Part shown: one piece after another, positions 21,802 to 31,326 of the stretch | Numbering within the stretch: position 1 is the first letter of the stretch | Layout: each line of letters opens with the position of its first letter | IMG/VR virus record: IMGVR_UViG_3300024054_000362 | Coordinates: 1-64,000 of that record | Length of the DNA stretch: 64,000 nt | Direction: 5' to 3' (one strand) | The notes under the pieces: model-generated | The model's input: only the letters and a program-made list of their open reading frames with translations | Database searches by the model: none | What the model was told of the DNA's origin: nothing | Made by a program: the position numbers and the translations under genes

Positions 21802-23117
21802 AGTTCAAGCTGCATCCTGCCTGCACAATGTTTCCGCCGCTCGACGAAGCGCGTCTCAACGAGCTTGCCGACGCGATCGAAGCGAACGGTCAACGCGACG
21901 CAATTACGTTGTTCGATGAGCACACGATCCTCGACGGTCGCAACCGATACGAGGCATGCAAGCTCAAGGGCATCGAGCCGAAGACCAAACCGTGGGACGG
22001 TAAGGGCTCGCCGTACCAGTATGTGCTCGACAGGAACGCGCGCCGTCGAGACCTGGAACCAGATCAACGGGGGGCGATCACGCTTGAAGTCCTTGAAGCC
22101 GACGAGGAATGGCAGGAGGCGCAAACGGCAAAGAGGGATCGTGCCAACAAGAACCGCAGTGACGCAACCAAATCTCAACCAAGAAGCAAGGATCAACGTA
22201 GACTTAGCTCAGGTCCGGTATCACGTGATACCAGACCTGAGCGCACGCGTGAGGAAGTTGCCCGACGTGCTGGCATCAGTTCGGCAACCGCAGCGCGTGT
22301 GATCGCGCTTCGAAAGAAGGACCCTAAGGCTTTCGACAGAGTCAAGAAAGGCGAAGCGAAGGCTCACAACGAGCTGCGCGGTATCAAACATGCCGAGGCT
22401 CGCAAGAAAGCCGCTGACGCCGCAAAGGCGGCGCCGGTCCGAGCCCAAATCTCCAAAGGCGACGCACTCGATTTCCTGCGATCGCAAGAACCGGAGTCGG
22501 TCGATCTACTAGTCACCGATCCGCCGTACATGACCGACCTCGATGACATCGCCGCGTTCGCGAAGCGTTGGGTGCCGCTCGCGTTCAAGTGCGTAAGGCC
22601 GACAGGGCGGCTGTACATATTCTCGGGTGCATATCCTGAAGAGCTACACGCCTATCTCGATGCCTTTCTGAAGCAGCAAGACTTCACGTGTGCGAACGTG
22701 AACGTCTGGTCCTACGACAACACGATCGGCCCGGCGCCGAAGACCGATTACAAGCTCAACTGGCAGGCCTATTATCACTTGCGCGGCCCCAAGGTGCCGC
22801 CGCTTGACTGCCCGATCAAGACCGAGCAGTTTGCGGCACAGAAGATCACCGCACCCGACGGGCGTCTCGGCGATCGCTTTCACGCGTGGCAGAAGCCGGA
22901 CGCGCTGGCCGAGCAGATCATTCGGCACGCAAGCAAGCCGGGCGACGTAGTGATCGATCCGTTTGCTGGAACAGGAACGTTCCTGCTTGCAGCCGCGAAG
23001 CTCGGCCGCAACGCGATTGGCTGCGAAATCGACGACAAGATGATCAAGATCGCGCGAGGGCGCGGGTGTGAACTCAAGGGCAGCGTCCTAGGTCTGATGA
23101 AGGCAGCAAATGGATGA
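21798..23117 (+). CDS. ParB-like domain fused to an N6/N4 DNA methyltransferase
   Basis: ILDGRNRY (ParB-like), TDPPY, HAWQKP and DPFAGTGT (beta-class motif order). Confidence 0.9.
   Translation: MKFKLHPACTMFPPLDEARLNELADAIEANGQRDAITLFDEHTILDGRNRYEACKLKGIEPKTKPWDGKGSPYQYVLDRNARRRDLEPDQRGAITLEVLEADEEWQEAQTAKRDRANKNRSDATKSQPRSKDQRRLSSGPVSRDTRPERTREEVARRAGISSATAARVIALRKKDPKAFDRVKKGEAKAHNELRGIKHAEARKKAADAAKAAPVRAQISKGDALDFLRSQEPESVDLLVTDPPYMTDLDDIAAFAKRWVPLAFKCVRPTGRLYIFSGAYPEELHAYLDAFLKQQDFTCANVNVWSYDNTIGPAPKTDYKLNWQAYYHLRGPKVPPLDCPIKTEQFAAQKITAPDGRLGDRFHAWQKPDALAEQIIRHASKPGDVVIDPFAGTGTFLLAAAKLGRNAIGCEIDDKMIKIARGRGCELKGSVLGLMKAANG
22182..22240 (+). repeat. 59-bp direct repeat copy 1 (contains a 32-bp palindrome)
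   Basis: 58/59 identical to 28574-28632. Confidence 0.9.
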
Positions 23118-23877
23118 GACGGTTGCCGAGTCGTTGAAACACGCAAACGAGGCGTTTCGACAATTCGGCGCTCCACAACTTCAGTCGTGGTTTGGGCCTG
23201 GACGGTTTTTTGCTCTCGAAGCGATCCGTATTCCAACTGACGATCTCCTAACCGACGAAATTCTTCAACGAGTACTGGATATTGGTGCTGGTTGGGATTG
23301 GACATTTGAACTCGACGATTTGTCGATCATCCCATTAGGGGTCCGCGTTCAGAATGGCGGATTTGCCTATGAATCGATTACCTATCGATGGTATCGTGAG
23401 ATTAGTACACACGTCGTTGAGTTGGACAAACTCCATTCTAACTACTTGTTGGCCGAGCAACAGGGCTGTATTGGACTAGGGCCTCGTTTGAGCGTTCAAC
23501 TTTACACTTCAGAAGATTACCAAAGACTGTTAGCTATCTGCGCGGTTGCTACTCGCACAGCAATCCGTTACCTCGACGCTGTCTTCAAAACTTGGTATCA
23601 GCATCCACAGCGACGCGGTACGGATCCTGTCGATGACTACTGGAGAGCTGCCAAGGAGCGCGCTCGACAGTCTTTAAAGGGTCGGCGACCGCCGCCCGTA
23701 GCCTACAACCACGGCGTAACAGCACGGCGTCGAACGGCACAGTCGCCGATCTTTGCCAGCATCGACCTCGACTTCTTCCGTCGAAATGGCGGACAGACCT
23801 GGGTCTGGACTGCACCTGGAGTTACTCTCCTCCACGCAGACGATCGTCGACGTTTTGCGCCTTTAGGTGATTGGTGA
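23110..23877 (+). CDS. Putative PD-(D/E)xK-like nuclease partner of the MTase
   Basis: Overlaps the MTase stop and has lower GC. LDIGAGWD..RVQ..T.R..E..K pattern. Confidence 0.4.
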   Translation: MDETVAESLKHANEAFRQFGAPQLQSWFGPGRFFALEAIRIPTDDLLTDEILQRVLDIGAGWDWTFELDDLSIIPLGVRVQNGGFAYESITYRWYREISTHVVELDKLHSNYLLAEQQGCIGLGPRLSVQLYTSEDYQRLLAICAVATRTAIRYLDAVFKTWYQHPQRRGTDPVDDYWRAAKERARQSLKGRRPPPVAYNHGVTARRRTAQSPIFASIDLDFFRRNGGQTWVWTAPGVTLLHADDRRRFAPLGDW

Positions 23878-24417
23878 TGAGTGGGCGGCGACGGGCGTGA
23901 TTGCCTCGCGACGCTGGGGACGCACGGTCCGTATCCCGATCGAGGCGTTGGAGACAGCCGCTGAGTAGACGCAGACCGGTCCCTCGCGGCGCGCTCTTTT
24001 CCGGGGATGCGCTACGGAGGACGCACTATCGGGAACCTAGTCATTTGGGACATCAAACGTGATGCCCCCTACATTTTGGTGGTTGATCTGGGCGGGATCA
24101 CCGCTTTCTACCTCTCCTATACCCACCATTTATTAACCTCTTTATTTTCATATATTTTTGCTGAACTAGGAACAAAGAGAAGATGATCTCACAGCAACCA
24201 CTGTCACCAATAAAAAACAAGTAGTTAGCGAAAAAACGTGGTGACTCTGAACATGAAGAGCATTCGGTCGAGATCGTCGACCACGCATCAACTAGTTACG
24301 TAGCTATTTATGCCCGCCCGCGAGGCCTGTAGATTGACCGTTCGCGAGTTTTCACGTACGTCTATGAAATGCGATCGCGACGTGATCTCACACCAATGGT
24401 GTCACGTGGTTAGGGAC

Positions 24418-25047
24418 GTGAAGATCTCGGTCTCGTTGCCGAAGCCCGTCCTGACCGCGCTTCAAGATGAGGCCCGCGAAAAGTTCGTCAGCGCGGACGA
24501 ATTCATTCGCAGACTTATCATCGATCACTACACGCTCCAGCTCAACGTTCAAACTCATTCATGGACGGGGATCCAAGGTGGATCTCGACCATCCATGAAT
24601 AAGCATAAGGGCGCGAAATCGCGTAGCGGCTACAAAGGCGTGTACCCCTACGGCAAGAAGTGGGCGGCGGTGGTCTCCTTCGAGGGTCAGCAGAGACGCG
24701 TCGCCGTGTGCGATACGCCAGAAGACGCTGCACGCGCCTACGATCAAGCGATGGTCGCGCAGGTCGGCCCGCGCGGCGCTGTCAACGAGATCGCCGAGAA
24801 GGGTCGCTCTGCAGCTGCGATCAACGCGCCCTACTTCGCACGGCTCGCACGCGGCGAGCGGCTCAGTGACGTCGAGATGGCTGCGTGGAAGCGCGAGTCG
24901 TCGACAACAGAAGACCCCGCACAGACCGTGCTCGTGACGTCACGCGAGAGCACGCAGGCTCCAGCGGCTCCAGCTCGTCGGCAGCTTCGCCGGGGTACCG
25001 CTCCGGCGATCGAGCGTCCTGTCGACGACAACGACGAAGACCGCTAA
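24418..25047 (+). CDS. RHH plus AP2 DNA-binding protein
   Basis: KISVSLPKPVLTALQDEA (RHH) and SGYKGVY..KWAA..TPEDAARAYD (AP2). Confidence 0.75.
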   Translation: MKISVSLPKPVLTALQDEAREKFVSADEFIRRLIIDHYTLQLNVQTHSWTGIQGGSRPSMNKHKGAKSRSGYKGVYPYGKKWAAVVSFEGQQRRVAVCDTPEDAARAYDQAMVAQVGPRGAVNEIAEKGRSAAAINAPYFARLARGERLSDVEMAAWKRESSTTEDPAQTVLVTSRESTQAPAAPARRQLRRGTAPAIERPVDDNDEDR

Positions 25048-25059
25048 GATGAACCTGTC

Positions 25060-26061
25060 ATGATCGTCGCCGTGAGCGGCATCCGTGATCTGTCCGAGGC
25101 GTCGATCGCGGACGTTGAGTTAGCCGCGATCGAAGAAGCCACCGAAGTCGACGAGATGCGGTTCGGTGGCGCAGCGGGTGTCGACACCGCGGCGTTGGCA
25201 GCCATCTGCGACGCGCCGATCTACAAGACGGTCATCGTTCCATATCGCCTCCGAGATCAGCCCCACAATGCGACGCAGGTCGCAAAAGACTGCGCGGACC
25301 ACATCATCGAGATGCGGCTGCCGCGATCGCGTACAGCGCCGCTTCGACGCAACGACCTGCTCCTTGATGGAGCCGATCGCCTGCTCGCCTTCACGGATGG
25401 TCGTGAGACCGGCGGCACGTACTACACGATTCAGGAAGCCACGGAACGTGGTCTTGATGTCGTCGTCGTCCCGGTCGTGAGCCTTGAAGAAGTCGCCGTG
25501 GAAACCGACCGCTTCACGACCGGCCTCGCGGGATTCGAGACCGGCTTCTCGGCGCCGGTCTATTCGTACATGCGCTACTTCGGCGAGCGCCACGGCGACC
25601 CGACAAGCGACCTCATCCGTCGGATGAAAGCGGGCGCGGCCGGCGAGCTGGAAGTTCGGTCACTGGCCATGGACCTCGCACGGTACGCACAGCGAGACAT
25701 GCCGAGCTTCGACGCGATCGTTGCGATGCCACGTAGGCGGCCCGGCGCGACGGATCAACTGGAGCAGCTCGCCGGTGAACTCGCTGCCCGGCTTGGGGTC
25801 CGGTACCTGCCTCAACACTTGGTACGTCTCGAAGAGCCCAAGGGTGGAAACGTGGTCGCGTACCGCGTACGCAACGACGCCGCAGAACACTTCCGCACGA
25901 TGCGGTTCTGTCCCCCACGAGCGCCGCGGGTGCAGCGGGTTTGTATCCTCGACAACGTCGTGACGCTCGGCGGCACGATGGAAGGCGCGATTCAGCGCGT
26001 GCGTCACGACTCCGGGTCGGAGATCGTCGGTCTCGCGGTGCTTCATGGTATGCGTGCATAG
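25060..26061 (+). CDS. SLOG (DprA/YspA-like) plus ComF-like phosphoribosyltransferase fusion
   Basis: VAVSGIR, GGAAGVD, RRNDLL and GGTYYT, then PRPP-loop-like ILDNVVTLGGT. Confidence 0.75.
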   Translation: MIVAVSGIRDLSEASIADVELAAIEEATEVDEMRFGGAAGVDTAALAAICDAPIYKTVIVPYRLRDQPHNATQVAKDCADHIIEMRLPRSRTAPLRRNDLLLDGADRLLAFTDGRETGGTYYTIQEATERGLDVVVVPVVSLEEVAVETDRFTTGLAGFETGFSAPVYSYMRYFGERHGDPTSDLIRRMKAGAAGELEVRSLAMDLARYAQRDMPSFDAIVAMPRRRPGATDQLEQLAGELAARLGVRYLPQHLVRLEEPKGGNVVAYRVRNDAAEHFRTMRFCPPRAPRVQRVCILDNVVTLGGTMEGAIQRVRHDSGSEIVGLAVLHGMRA

Positions 26062-26206
26062 CGCGCCCAGCTTCCAGCGCAAACGGCAACGTCTCCATCG
26101 AACGGCTTGCCGATGACAAGAGAAAGCGCTCGGGGGTGATCGCGCGGTTCGGGTTCTCGGCCTTGCTCCCATTTTGGGAGCGTGCTACCGTTAGTCACGA
26201 GTACAG

Positions 26207-26506
26207 GTGCGGATCATCTCGCGCAAGACGCTCAAGGAGGCCTGGGGGAAGTACCGCGATGCCGAACAACCGCTGCGTGCCTGGTACAGGGAAGCCGAAG
26301 CCTCGACGTGGGCCAACCCTGAGGATGTTCGCGTTCGATACCCGACCGCCAGCGTCGTGGGCGACGAGCGCATCGTGTTCAACATCAAGGGCAACGCGTA
26401 CCGGCTGGTCGTGGCGATCAACTACAAGGCGGGGATCGTTTTCATCAAGTTCTTCGGGACCCACGCCGAGTACGACAAAGTAGACGTAGCGGAGGTAGGA
26501 CCATGA
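26207..26506 (+). CDS. higB: HigB family toxin
   Basis: MRIISRKTL..W..RIVFNIKGNAYRLVV..GTHAEYDK. Confidence 0.9.
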   Translation: MRIISRKTLKEAWGKYRDAEQPLRAWYREAEASTWANPEDVRVRYPTASVVGDERIVFNIKGNAYRLVVAINYKAGIVFIKFFGTHAEYDKVDVAEVGP

Positions 26507-26925
26507 ACATCAAACCGATTCGTACTGCTCGCGATCATGAAACCGCGCTCGCGCGTATCGATGACCTCTTTGCAGCAAAGCCAGGAACTTCGGCGTTTGA
26601 CGAACTCGACGTTCTCGCGACACTCGTCGATGCCTACGAGCGGGTCCATCACCCCATCGACCCGCCTTCACCGATCGAGGCGATCAAGTTTCGCATGGAT
26701 CAGGGACAGTTTACGCGCGCTGACCTCGTACGTGTGCTCGGCGGCAGCGCGAAGGTCGCTGAGGTGCTCGGTAGGAAGCGGGCGCTGTCCAAGATCATGA
26801 TCGTGAGGCTTCATCAAGAGTACTCAATCCCGTACGAGTCGCTGCTGAGCGACATCGCGCGGAGCAGCCAGCGTCGACGCAGAACAACAAAGCCAAAGGC
26901 GGCTCATCTACGAGCTGCGGGTTAG
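26503..26925 (+). CDS. higA: HigA family antitoxin (HTH)
   Basis: IKPIRT..LATLVDAYE..PIEAIKFRMDQ..EVLGRKRALS. Confidence 0.9.
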   Translation: MNIKPIRTARDHETALARIDDLFAAKPGTSAFDELDVLATLVDAYERVHHPIDPPSPIEAIKFRMDQGQFTRADLVRVLGGSAKVAEVLGRKRALSKIMIVRLHQEYSIPYESLLSDIARSSQRRRRTTKPKAAHLRAAG

Positions 26926-26955
26926 TCTTATCCATGACAGAGAAGGGCTCAAACG

Positions 26956-27513
26956 ATGGGTAGCATCTATGTTCGCGCGAAGGTCAAGACCGGACGGGCC
27001 TCTGCGCGCACCGTTCAGTTCGAAGTTGACGGCGGATCGGCGACGAGCGTCATCGGCCTGAACACGGCGTGTCGCTTGAGCCCAGATCTCGTCTCGAAAG
27101 CCAAGGAAGTACGGCGTGAGACCGTAGGCGGCGCAACACTCGTCGGGTTGCAGCTTCCACCCACCTCGATTGCAACCGGACGCTACAAGGCTACGCTCAA
27201 TGACATCTTCATCCCGATCGTCGAGGAGGTAGTGCTCCAGAGGAAGAACCGCCGGACCGGACGCGTGATCACGAAGACCATTAGACGCGAGGTCGATCGC
27301 GACGAACCGCCGCTCCTCGGCCAGGACTTCCTGCAGGCAACGGGAGCGGTCGCGAACCACGCCGAACACAAGCTGGACGGTGTGAGAGACGGACTCTACG
27401 ATCCGCCAGCATCGCTTTCGCGAAAGTTCCGCCAACGTCCAGCGACCCAACAAGATAGCGCGCTGATTCGCTCACTTGCGTCGTGTGCAGTGACTCGACG
27501 CAGCCGTCGTTGA
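26956..27513 (+). CDS. Retropepsin-like aspartic protease (variant DGG motif)
   Basis: FEVDGGSATSVI and PLLGQDFL. Confidence 0.55.
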   Translation: MGSIYVRAKVKTGRASARTVQFEVDGGSATSVIGLNTACRLSPDLVSKAKEVRRETVGGATLVGLQLPPTSIATGRYKATLNDIFIPIVEEVVLQRKNRRTGRVITKTIRREVDRDEPPLLGQDFLQATGAVANHAEHKLDGVRDGLYDPPASLSRKFRQRPATQQDSALIRSLASCAVTRRSRR

Positions 27514-27732
27514 AGCTTTACAACGTGCGCGGCGGCAAGGAGAAGCCACGAAAGATCCCACGGTGAGATCTTTCATAACGGCCTTCCGATGACGACGAAG
27601 GTGGTGATAGGGGCACGTAGAGGACGTGAGCAAGGATCGACCCACGCGTCGCATGAATCGCGTCGCCAGGTTCGAGTACATGGGTGCAGATCGCAATGGA
27701 CGCAAGGATATCCGTTGGCTATCCTTGGTCTG

Positions 27733-28314
27733 GTGACTCGTAAAGCGATCCTCGTCAAGGTACCTGATGCTGAGGATAGACTCTTCCGCCGCGCGGCTAA
27801 GCGACAAGGTTCGACCTTGTCAGGTTGGGTTCGCGGTGTCGCGAGGCGTGCCGCAAACGACGCATCTACGCTCTCGGGCTATACCGACGAAGGCGCAAGC
27901 GAGCGCGCCAGCTTCACAGTCGGTCTGCGCGCCGACAAGCCACGTCCGAAGTCGATCACGCAGAAGAAGGGAACGGTGATCAAGACCGAGGTCGCGCAGA
28001 ACGAATTCGCAAGGCTCCGTATCGCGCAGGTCGGCCCGAAGGGCGCGTCCGCAACCATCACGCGCTGCGAAGGACGTTGGGCTGATAGTCCAGCCGAGCC
28101 GACGATGGTCTGCGAGGTCGAGCACATCCCGTCGCCGAAGGAGGCGCGCACGCGGCAGTTCAAGAAGAACATGATCGCGCTTGCCGAGCAGTTGGCTGAG
28201 CGCCTCGGTCAGCACGAAGTGTGGTTGCGCCTCGGCGGCAGGTTGATCCGCGCGAACGCGCCCGGCGAGCGGGGCCCCAAGCCCCTCCGACGTCGCGGTC
28301 GGGTGCGGCGATGA
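27733..28314 (+). CDS. RHH-like N-terminus plus unknown domain
   Basis: ILVKVPDAEDRLFRRAAKRQGSTLSGWVR. Confidence 0.55.
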   Translation: MTRKAILVKVPDAEDRLFRRAAKRQGSTLSGWVRGVARRAANDASTLSGYTDEGASERASFTVGLRADKPRPKSITQKKGTVIKTEVAQNEFARLRIAQVGPKGASATITRCEGRWADSPAEPTMVCEVEHIPSPKEARTRQFKKNMIALAEQLAERLGQHEVWLRLGGRLIRANAPGERGPKPLRRRGRVRR

Positions 28315-28574
28315 CGAGCACTTCAAAGAGCCGGTTCCTCGATCCGGCGGAGATTGAGCGAGGCCTGCACGAGTTGGCGACAATCACCGGAGGTTCCGTC
28401 GCCCTCGCCGGTGGCGTTGCGCTCCAGTTGTACGGATCCGACCGCTTCACGCGCGACATCGACATCGTAGGGGGGACCTCCATCGCTGCGTTGCCTCCGC
28501 TGGGGGTGCTTTCGTTTGGCGGATATCGTTCGGAGACGCCCAGCGGAGTTCCGACGGACGTCCTGATGCAGTGA
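28311..28574 (+). pseudogene. Truncated nucleotidyltransferase (AbiEii/DUF6036-like)
   Basis: ALAGGVALQLYGSDRFTRDID motif. The ORF stops exactly at the 59-bp repeat. Confidence 0.6.
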
Positions 28575-28632
28575 GAAGCAAGGATCAACGCAGACTTAGC
28601 TCAGGTCCGGTATCACGTGATACCAGACCTGA
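28574..28632 (+). repeat. 59-bp direct repeat copy 2
   Basis: AGAAGCAAGGATCAACGCAGACTTAGCTCAGGTCCGGTATCACGTGATACCAGACCTGA. Confidence 0.9.
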
Positions 28633-28645
28633 CAACGGGACGTAG

Positions 28646-28731
28646 CGGAAGGTAGCAGAGTCGAACTGCGACCCCTTGCGGGGTCCATCCAGTTAGCAAC
28701 CGGTGTCCGTGCCACCACGGAAGTACCTTCC
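28646..28731 (-). tRNA. tRNA-Ser(GCT)
   Basis: Cloverleaf with anticodon loop TT-GCT-AA, long variable arm and GTTCGAC T-loop. Confidence 0.85.
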
Positions 28732-28734
28732 AAG

Positions 28735-28822
28735 CGGAGCGTCCAGGACTCGAACCCGCACGGCCTCTCGACCGTGGACCTGTTTTCGAGACAGGCGAGG
28801 ACACCCGTCCTCCTCACGCTCC
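28735..28822 (-). tRNA. tRNA-Ser(CGA)
   Basis: CCTGT-CTCGAAA-ACAGG anticodon arm and long variable arm. Confidence 0.85.
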
Positions 28823-28940
28823 AACACACCTAGGAGCCGCTTTAGCGACTGCAACTAGAAGAGCGTGACGAGCGCGAGAACTTCACGAGGGTACTCTAGC
28901 CGTCGACGATGAAGGCGTCAAGCGATACGGTCCGTAGGTC

Positions 28941-29237
28941 ATGTCGACGTACCGCCTCTTCTGCCTGAACCCGAACGACGTCACGCAAGCCGAGTTGATC
29001 GACTGCGCCGAAAAAGAGCGACAGCTCGCCCGCGTTGTCTTCAAACGATGGCCGGTCGCTGCATGTCTTCCGTACACACAAAAGGACGGGCCCGAAGTGG
29101 GCGACGTTGTCCTCACGATCTGGGAGACGGCGGACGACGCCAAGCACAAGCGTCCACCGGTCGCGATCGTTCGAACACGCCCGAACCCTAAGCTCGGCTT
29201 TACGGCAAACATTTGGAAAACGCCGGTGAGCGCGTGA
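28941..29237 (+). CDS. Hypothetical protein
   Basis: Protein-like ORF. Confidence 0.5.
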   Translation: MSTYRLFCLNPNDVTQAELIDCAEKERQLARVVFKRWPVAACLPYTQKDGPEVGDVVLTIWETADDAKHKRPPVAIVRTRPNPKLGFTANIWKTPVSA

Positions 29238-29464
29238 CGTCCGATGTAGAAGACGACGACGATCTCGACGAAGACGACGATCTCGACGAAGACGCGCCCT
29301 CAGAAGCACCGCCACACTGGTCCACACAGCTTGTATGGACCGTCGTCAACATCGGTCTCGCGCTGTTGATCGCTTCGTTCGTGTTGTTGGTTATCTACCA
29401 GATGTGGTTCTACGTCCTGACATAGGTCGATCGCTGGAGCGATCGTCCGTGTTAGCCTACGCAC

Positions 29465-30175
29465 GTGGGTACGATTCTAAAAAACATCGTTTCGTTCACG
29501 GGGCTGGTCGTAGGTGTACCGATGTCGCTGCCGCACAGGCTGAACGTGAACGGCTTCGCCGTCATCCCACAGCTCGTCCTCGACTCACAGTCCGGGTTCA
29601 CGACGACGGCGAACAGCACCAACGTAACGGTTACGCGAACCGTCGCTGCAGCGAGTGGGAACGTCAACGTCTACTGCGAGCACTGGCACACGATCGAAGA
29701 TTTGAAGCCCCCGGGCGGGCTCGGTTCCTTGGTGCCGTTCATCGCGGCTTCGGGCGGTGGCGGTTCGACGATTCAACACACGCAACGTACGCCGGTCACG
29801 CAACAAGAGCTACTCAACAACGGCACGACGACGGTGCTTACGTGTCCGTCGTTCACGCCGGCAGCAGGCTCGTTCGTACAGGCCACGGGTAGCGTTGCCG
29901 TTCAGATCATCGGCAACACGACCGACACGACACCAACCGCGATCGCCGTATTGCAAGAGGACGGTACTGACATCGCGCAGTGGAAGGTCGCGCTTCCTAT
30001 TGTTGCCGTTGACGGTCCGACGTTCGACGGCTTTACGGCGATCCCCTTTGCGTGGGCGTTCGTCGCTGACGGCGCCGCACACGTCTATTCGCTCGCCATC
30101 ACGACCGACTCGACGAGCGACGGTACTTGGAGCGCGAACAGCCGTAGCATGTTCGTCAACGCGATCACGCCGTAG
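29465..30175 (+). CDS. Putative virion fibre/spike protein
   Basis: N-terminal ~95 aa paralogous to 30223-31326. Beta-rich C-terminus. Confidence 0.6.
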   Translation: MGTILKNIVSFTGLVVGVPMSLPHRLNVNGFAVIPQLVLDSQSGFTTTANSTNVTVTRTVAAASGNVNVYCEHWHTIEDLKPPGGLGSLVPFIAASGGGGSTIQHTQRTPVTQQELLNNGTTTVLTCPSFTPAAGSFVQATGSVAVQIIGNTTDTTPTAIAVLQEDGTDIAQWKVALPIVAVDGPTFDGFTAIPFAWAFVADGAAHVYSLAITTDSTSDGTWSANSRSMFVNAITP

Positions 30176-30222
30176 CTGCGTAGACCGATCGCGGGAGCGA
30201 TCATCCGTGATAGCTTCTGTGG

Positions 30223-31326
30223 GTGGGTACCATCCTCAAGAACGTCGTCTCGTTTACAGGCCTCGCCGTAGGCGTTCCGACGGCCTTACCACACCGCATG
30301 AACGTAAACGGCTACGCGGTGATCCCACAGGTCGTGTTGCCCTCCCAACCAGGCTTCACGATCACCGCCAACACGATCAACGTTACCGTCACGCGAACAG
30401 TCGACGCTCCAACGGACAGCATCAACGTCTACTGCGAGCACTGGCATACGATCGAGGATCTCGAACCGCCCGGCGGCTTGGGATCGCTCGTACCGTTCAT
30501 CGGCAGCGGCGGAGGCGGCGGAGGCGGTCTCGGCCCCACAGGCCCCACAGGGCCAACCGGTGCAACGGGCCCAACAGGCGCAACAGGGCCTACAGGCGCG
30601 ACAGGTCCGACGGGTCCCACAGGGCCGACGGGTGCCAGTATCACCGGTCCCACCGGTCCCACAGGCCCTGGGGGCGGCGGTGCAATCACACACAACCAAA
30701 GCCTCACCGGCGACGGTACAGGCGGTTCGCCGATCGGTGTTTCAGATCCACTCGACAACGCCGCCGACGGTCCCAACTCGATTCTTACGGACACGCTCAT
30801 CGGCAACGTGTTGGGCATCGGCCTCGGCCTGGTGCAAGGCTCGACGGTGCTCAGTGGACAAACGTTGATCGGCGGCGGTGGTGGTCCGGGTCAGCAGCGA
30901 ACCGAAATCGCAGGAACGGCGTTTCGTTTGTTCGGCACGGGCACGTTCTACGGCGTCACGAACGGTGCAGGTAACCCGCAAGCGGCGGGCAACCTCAACA
31001 ACTACAGCCCCTCGCCCGGCAACACGATGCGCATCATCGCGATCGTTCCAGATGCCGCAGGGACGACGCTTACTGGGTTCGACACAGCCGCGATCGCAGC
31101 AGTCGACGCCGATCTTGGTACCGACGGCCGTGTGCTCACGATCATCAACACGGCCGTCGGTGATGAAGGTACGGCTCAGCTGACGATTTCGTTTGAGGAT
31201 CTCAACTCGACGGACGTCAACCGTTTCATCACACCAAACCGCGCGAACATCGTCCTCAACACCGGCGACTCGGCGTCGTTCATCTATCAAGACGACGTCC
31301 AGCGGTGGCGCTACATCAACATGTGA
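30223..31326 (+). CDS. Collagen-like fibre protein
   Basis: GPT/GAT triplet repeats and the shared N-terminal anchor domain. Confidence 0.8.
   Translation: MGTILKNVVSFTGLAVGVPTALPHRMNVNGYAVIPQVVLPSQPGFTITANTINVTVTRTVDAPTDSINVYCEHWHTIEDLEPPGGLGSLVPFIGSGGGGGGGLGPTGPTGPTGATGPTGATGPTGATGPTGPTGPTGASITGPTGPTGPGGGGAITHNQSLTGDGTGGSPIGVSDPLDNAADGPNSILTDTLIGNVLGIGLGLVQGSTVLSGQTLIGGGGGPGQQRTEIAGTAFRLFGTGTFYGVTNGAGNPQAAGNLNNYSPSPGNTMRIIAIVPDAAGTTLTGFDTAAIAAVDADLGTDGRVLTIINTAVGDEGTAQLTISFEDLNSTDVNRFITPNRANIVLNTGDSASFIYQDDVQRWRYINM

Noticed and set aside
29465-30520. Diversity-generating retroelement TR/VR pair
   Set aside because: Differences are mostly synonymous and not adenine-specific, and there is no reverse transcriptase in the window.
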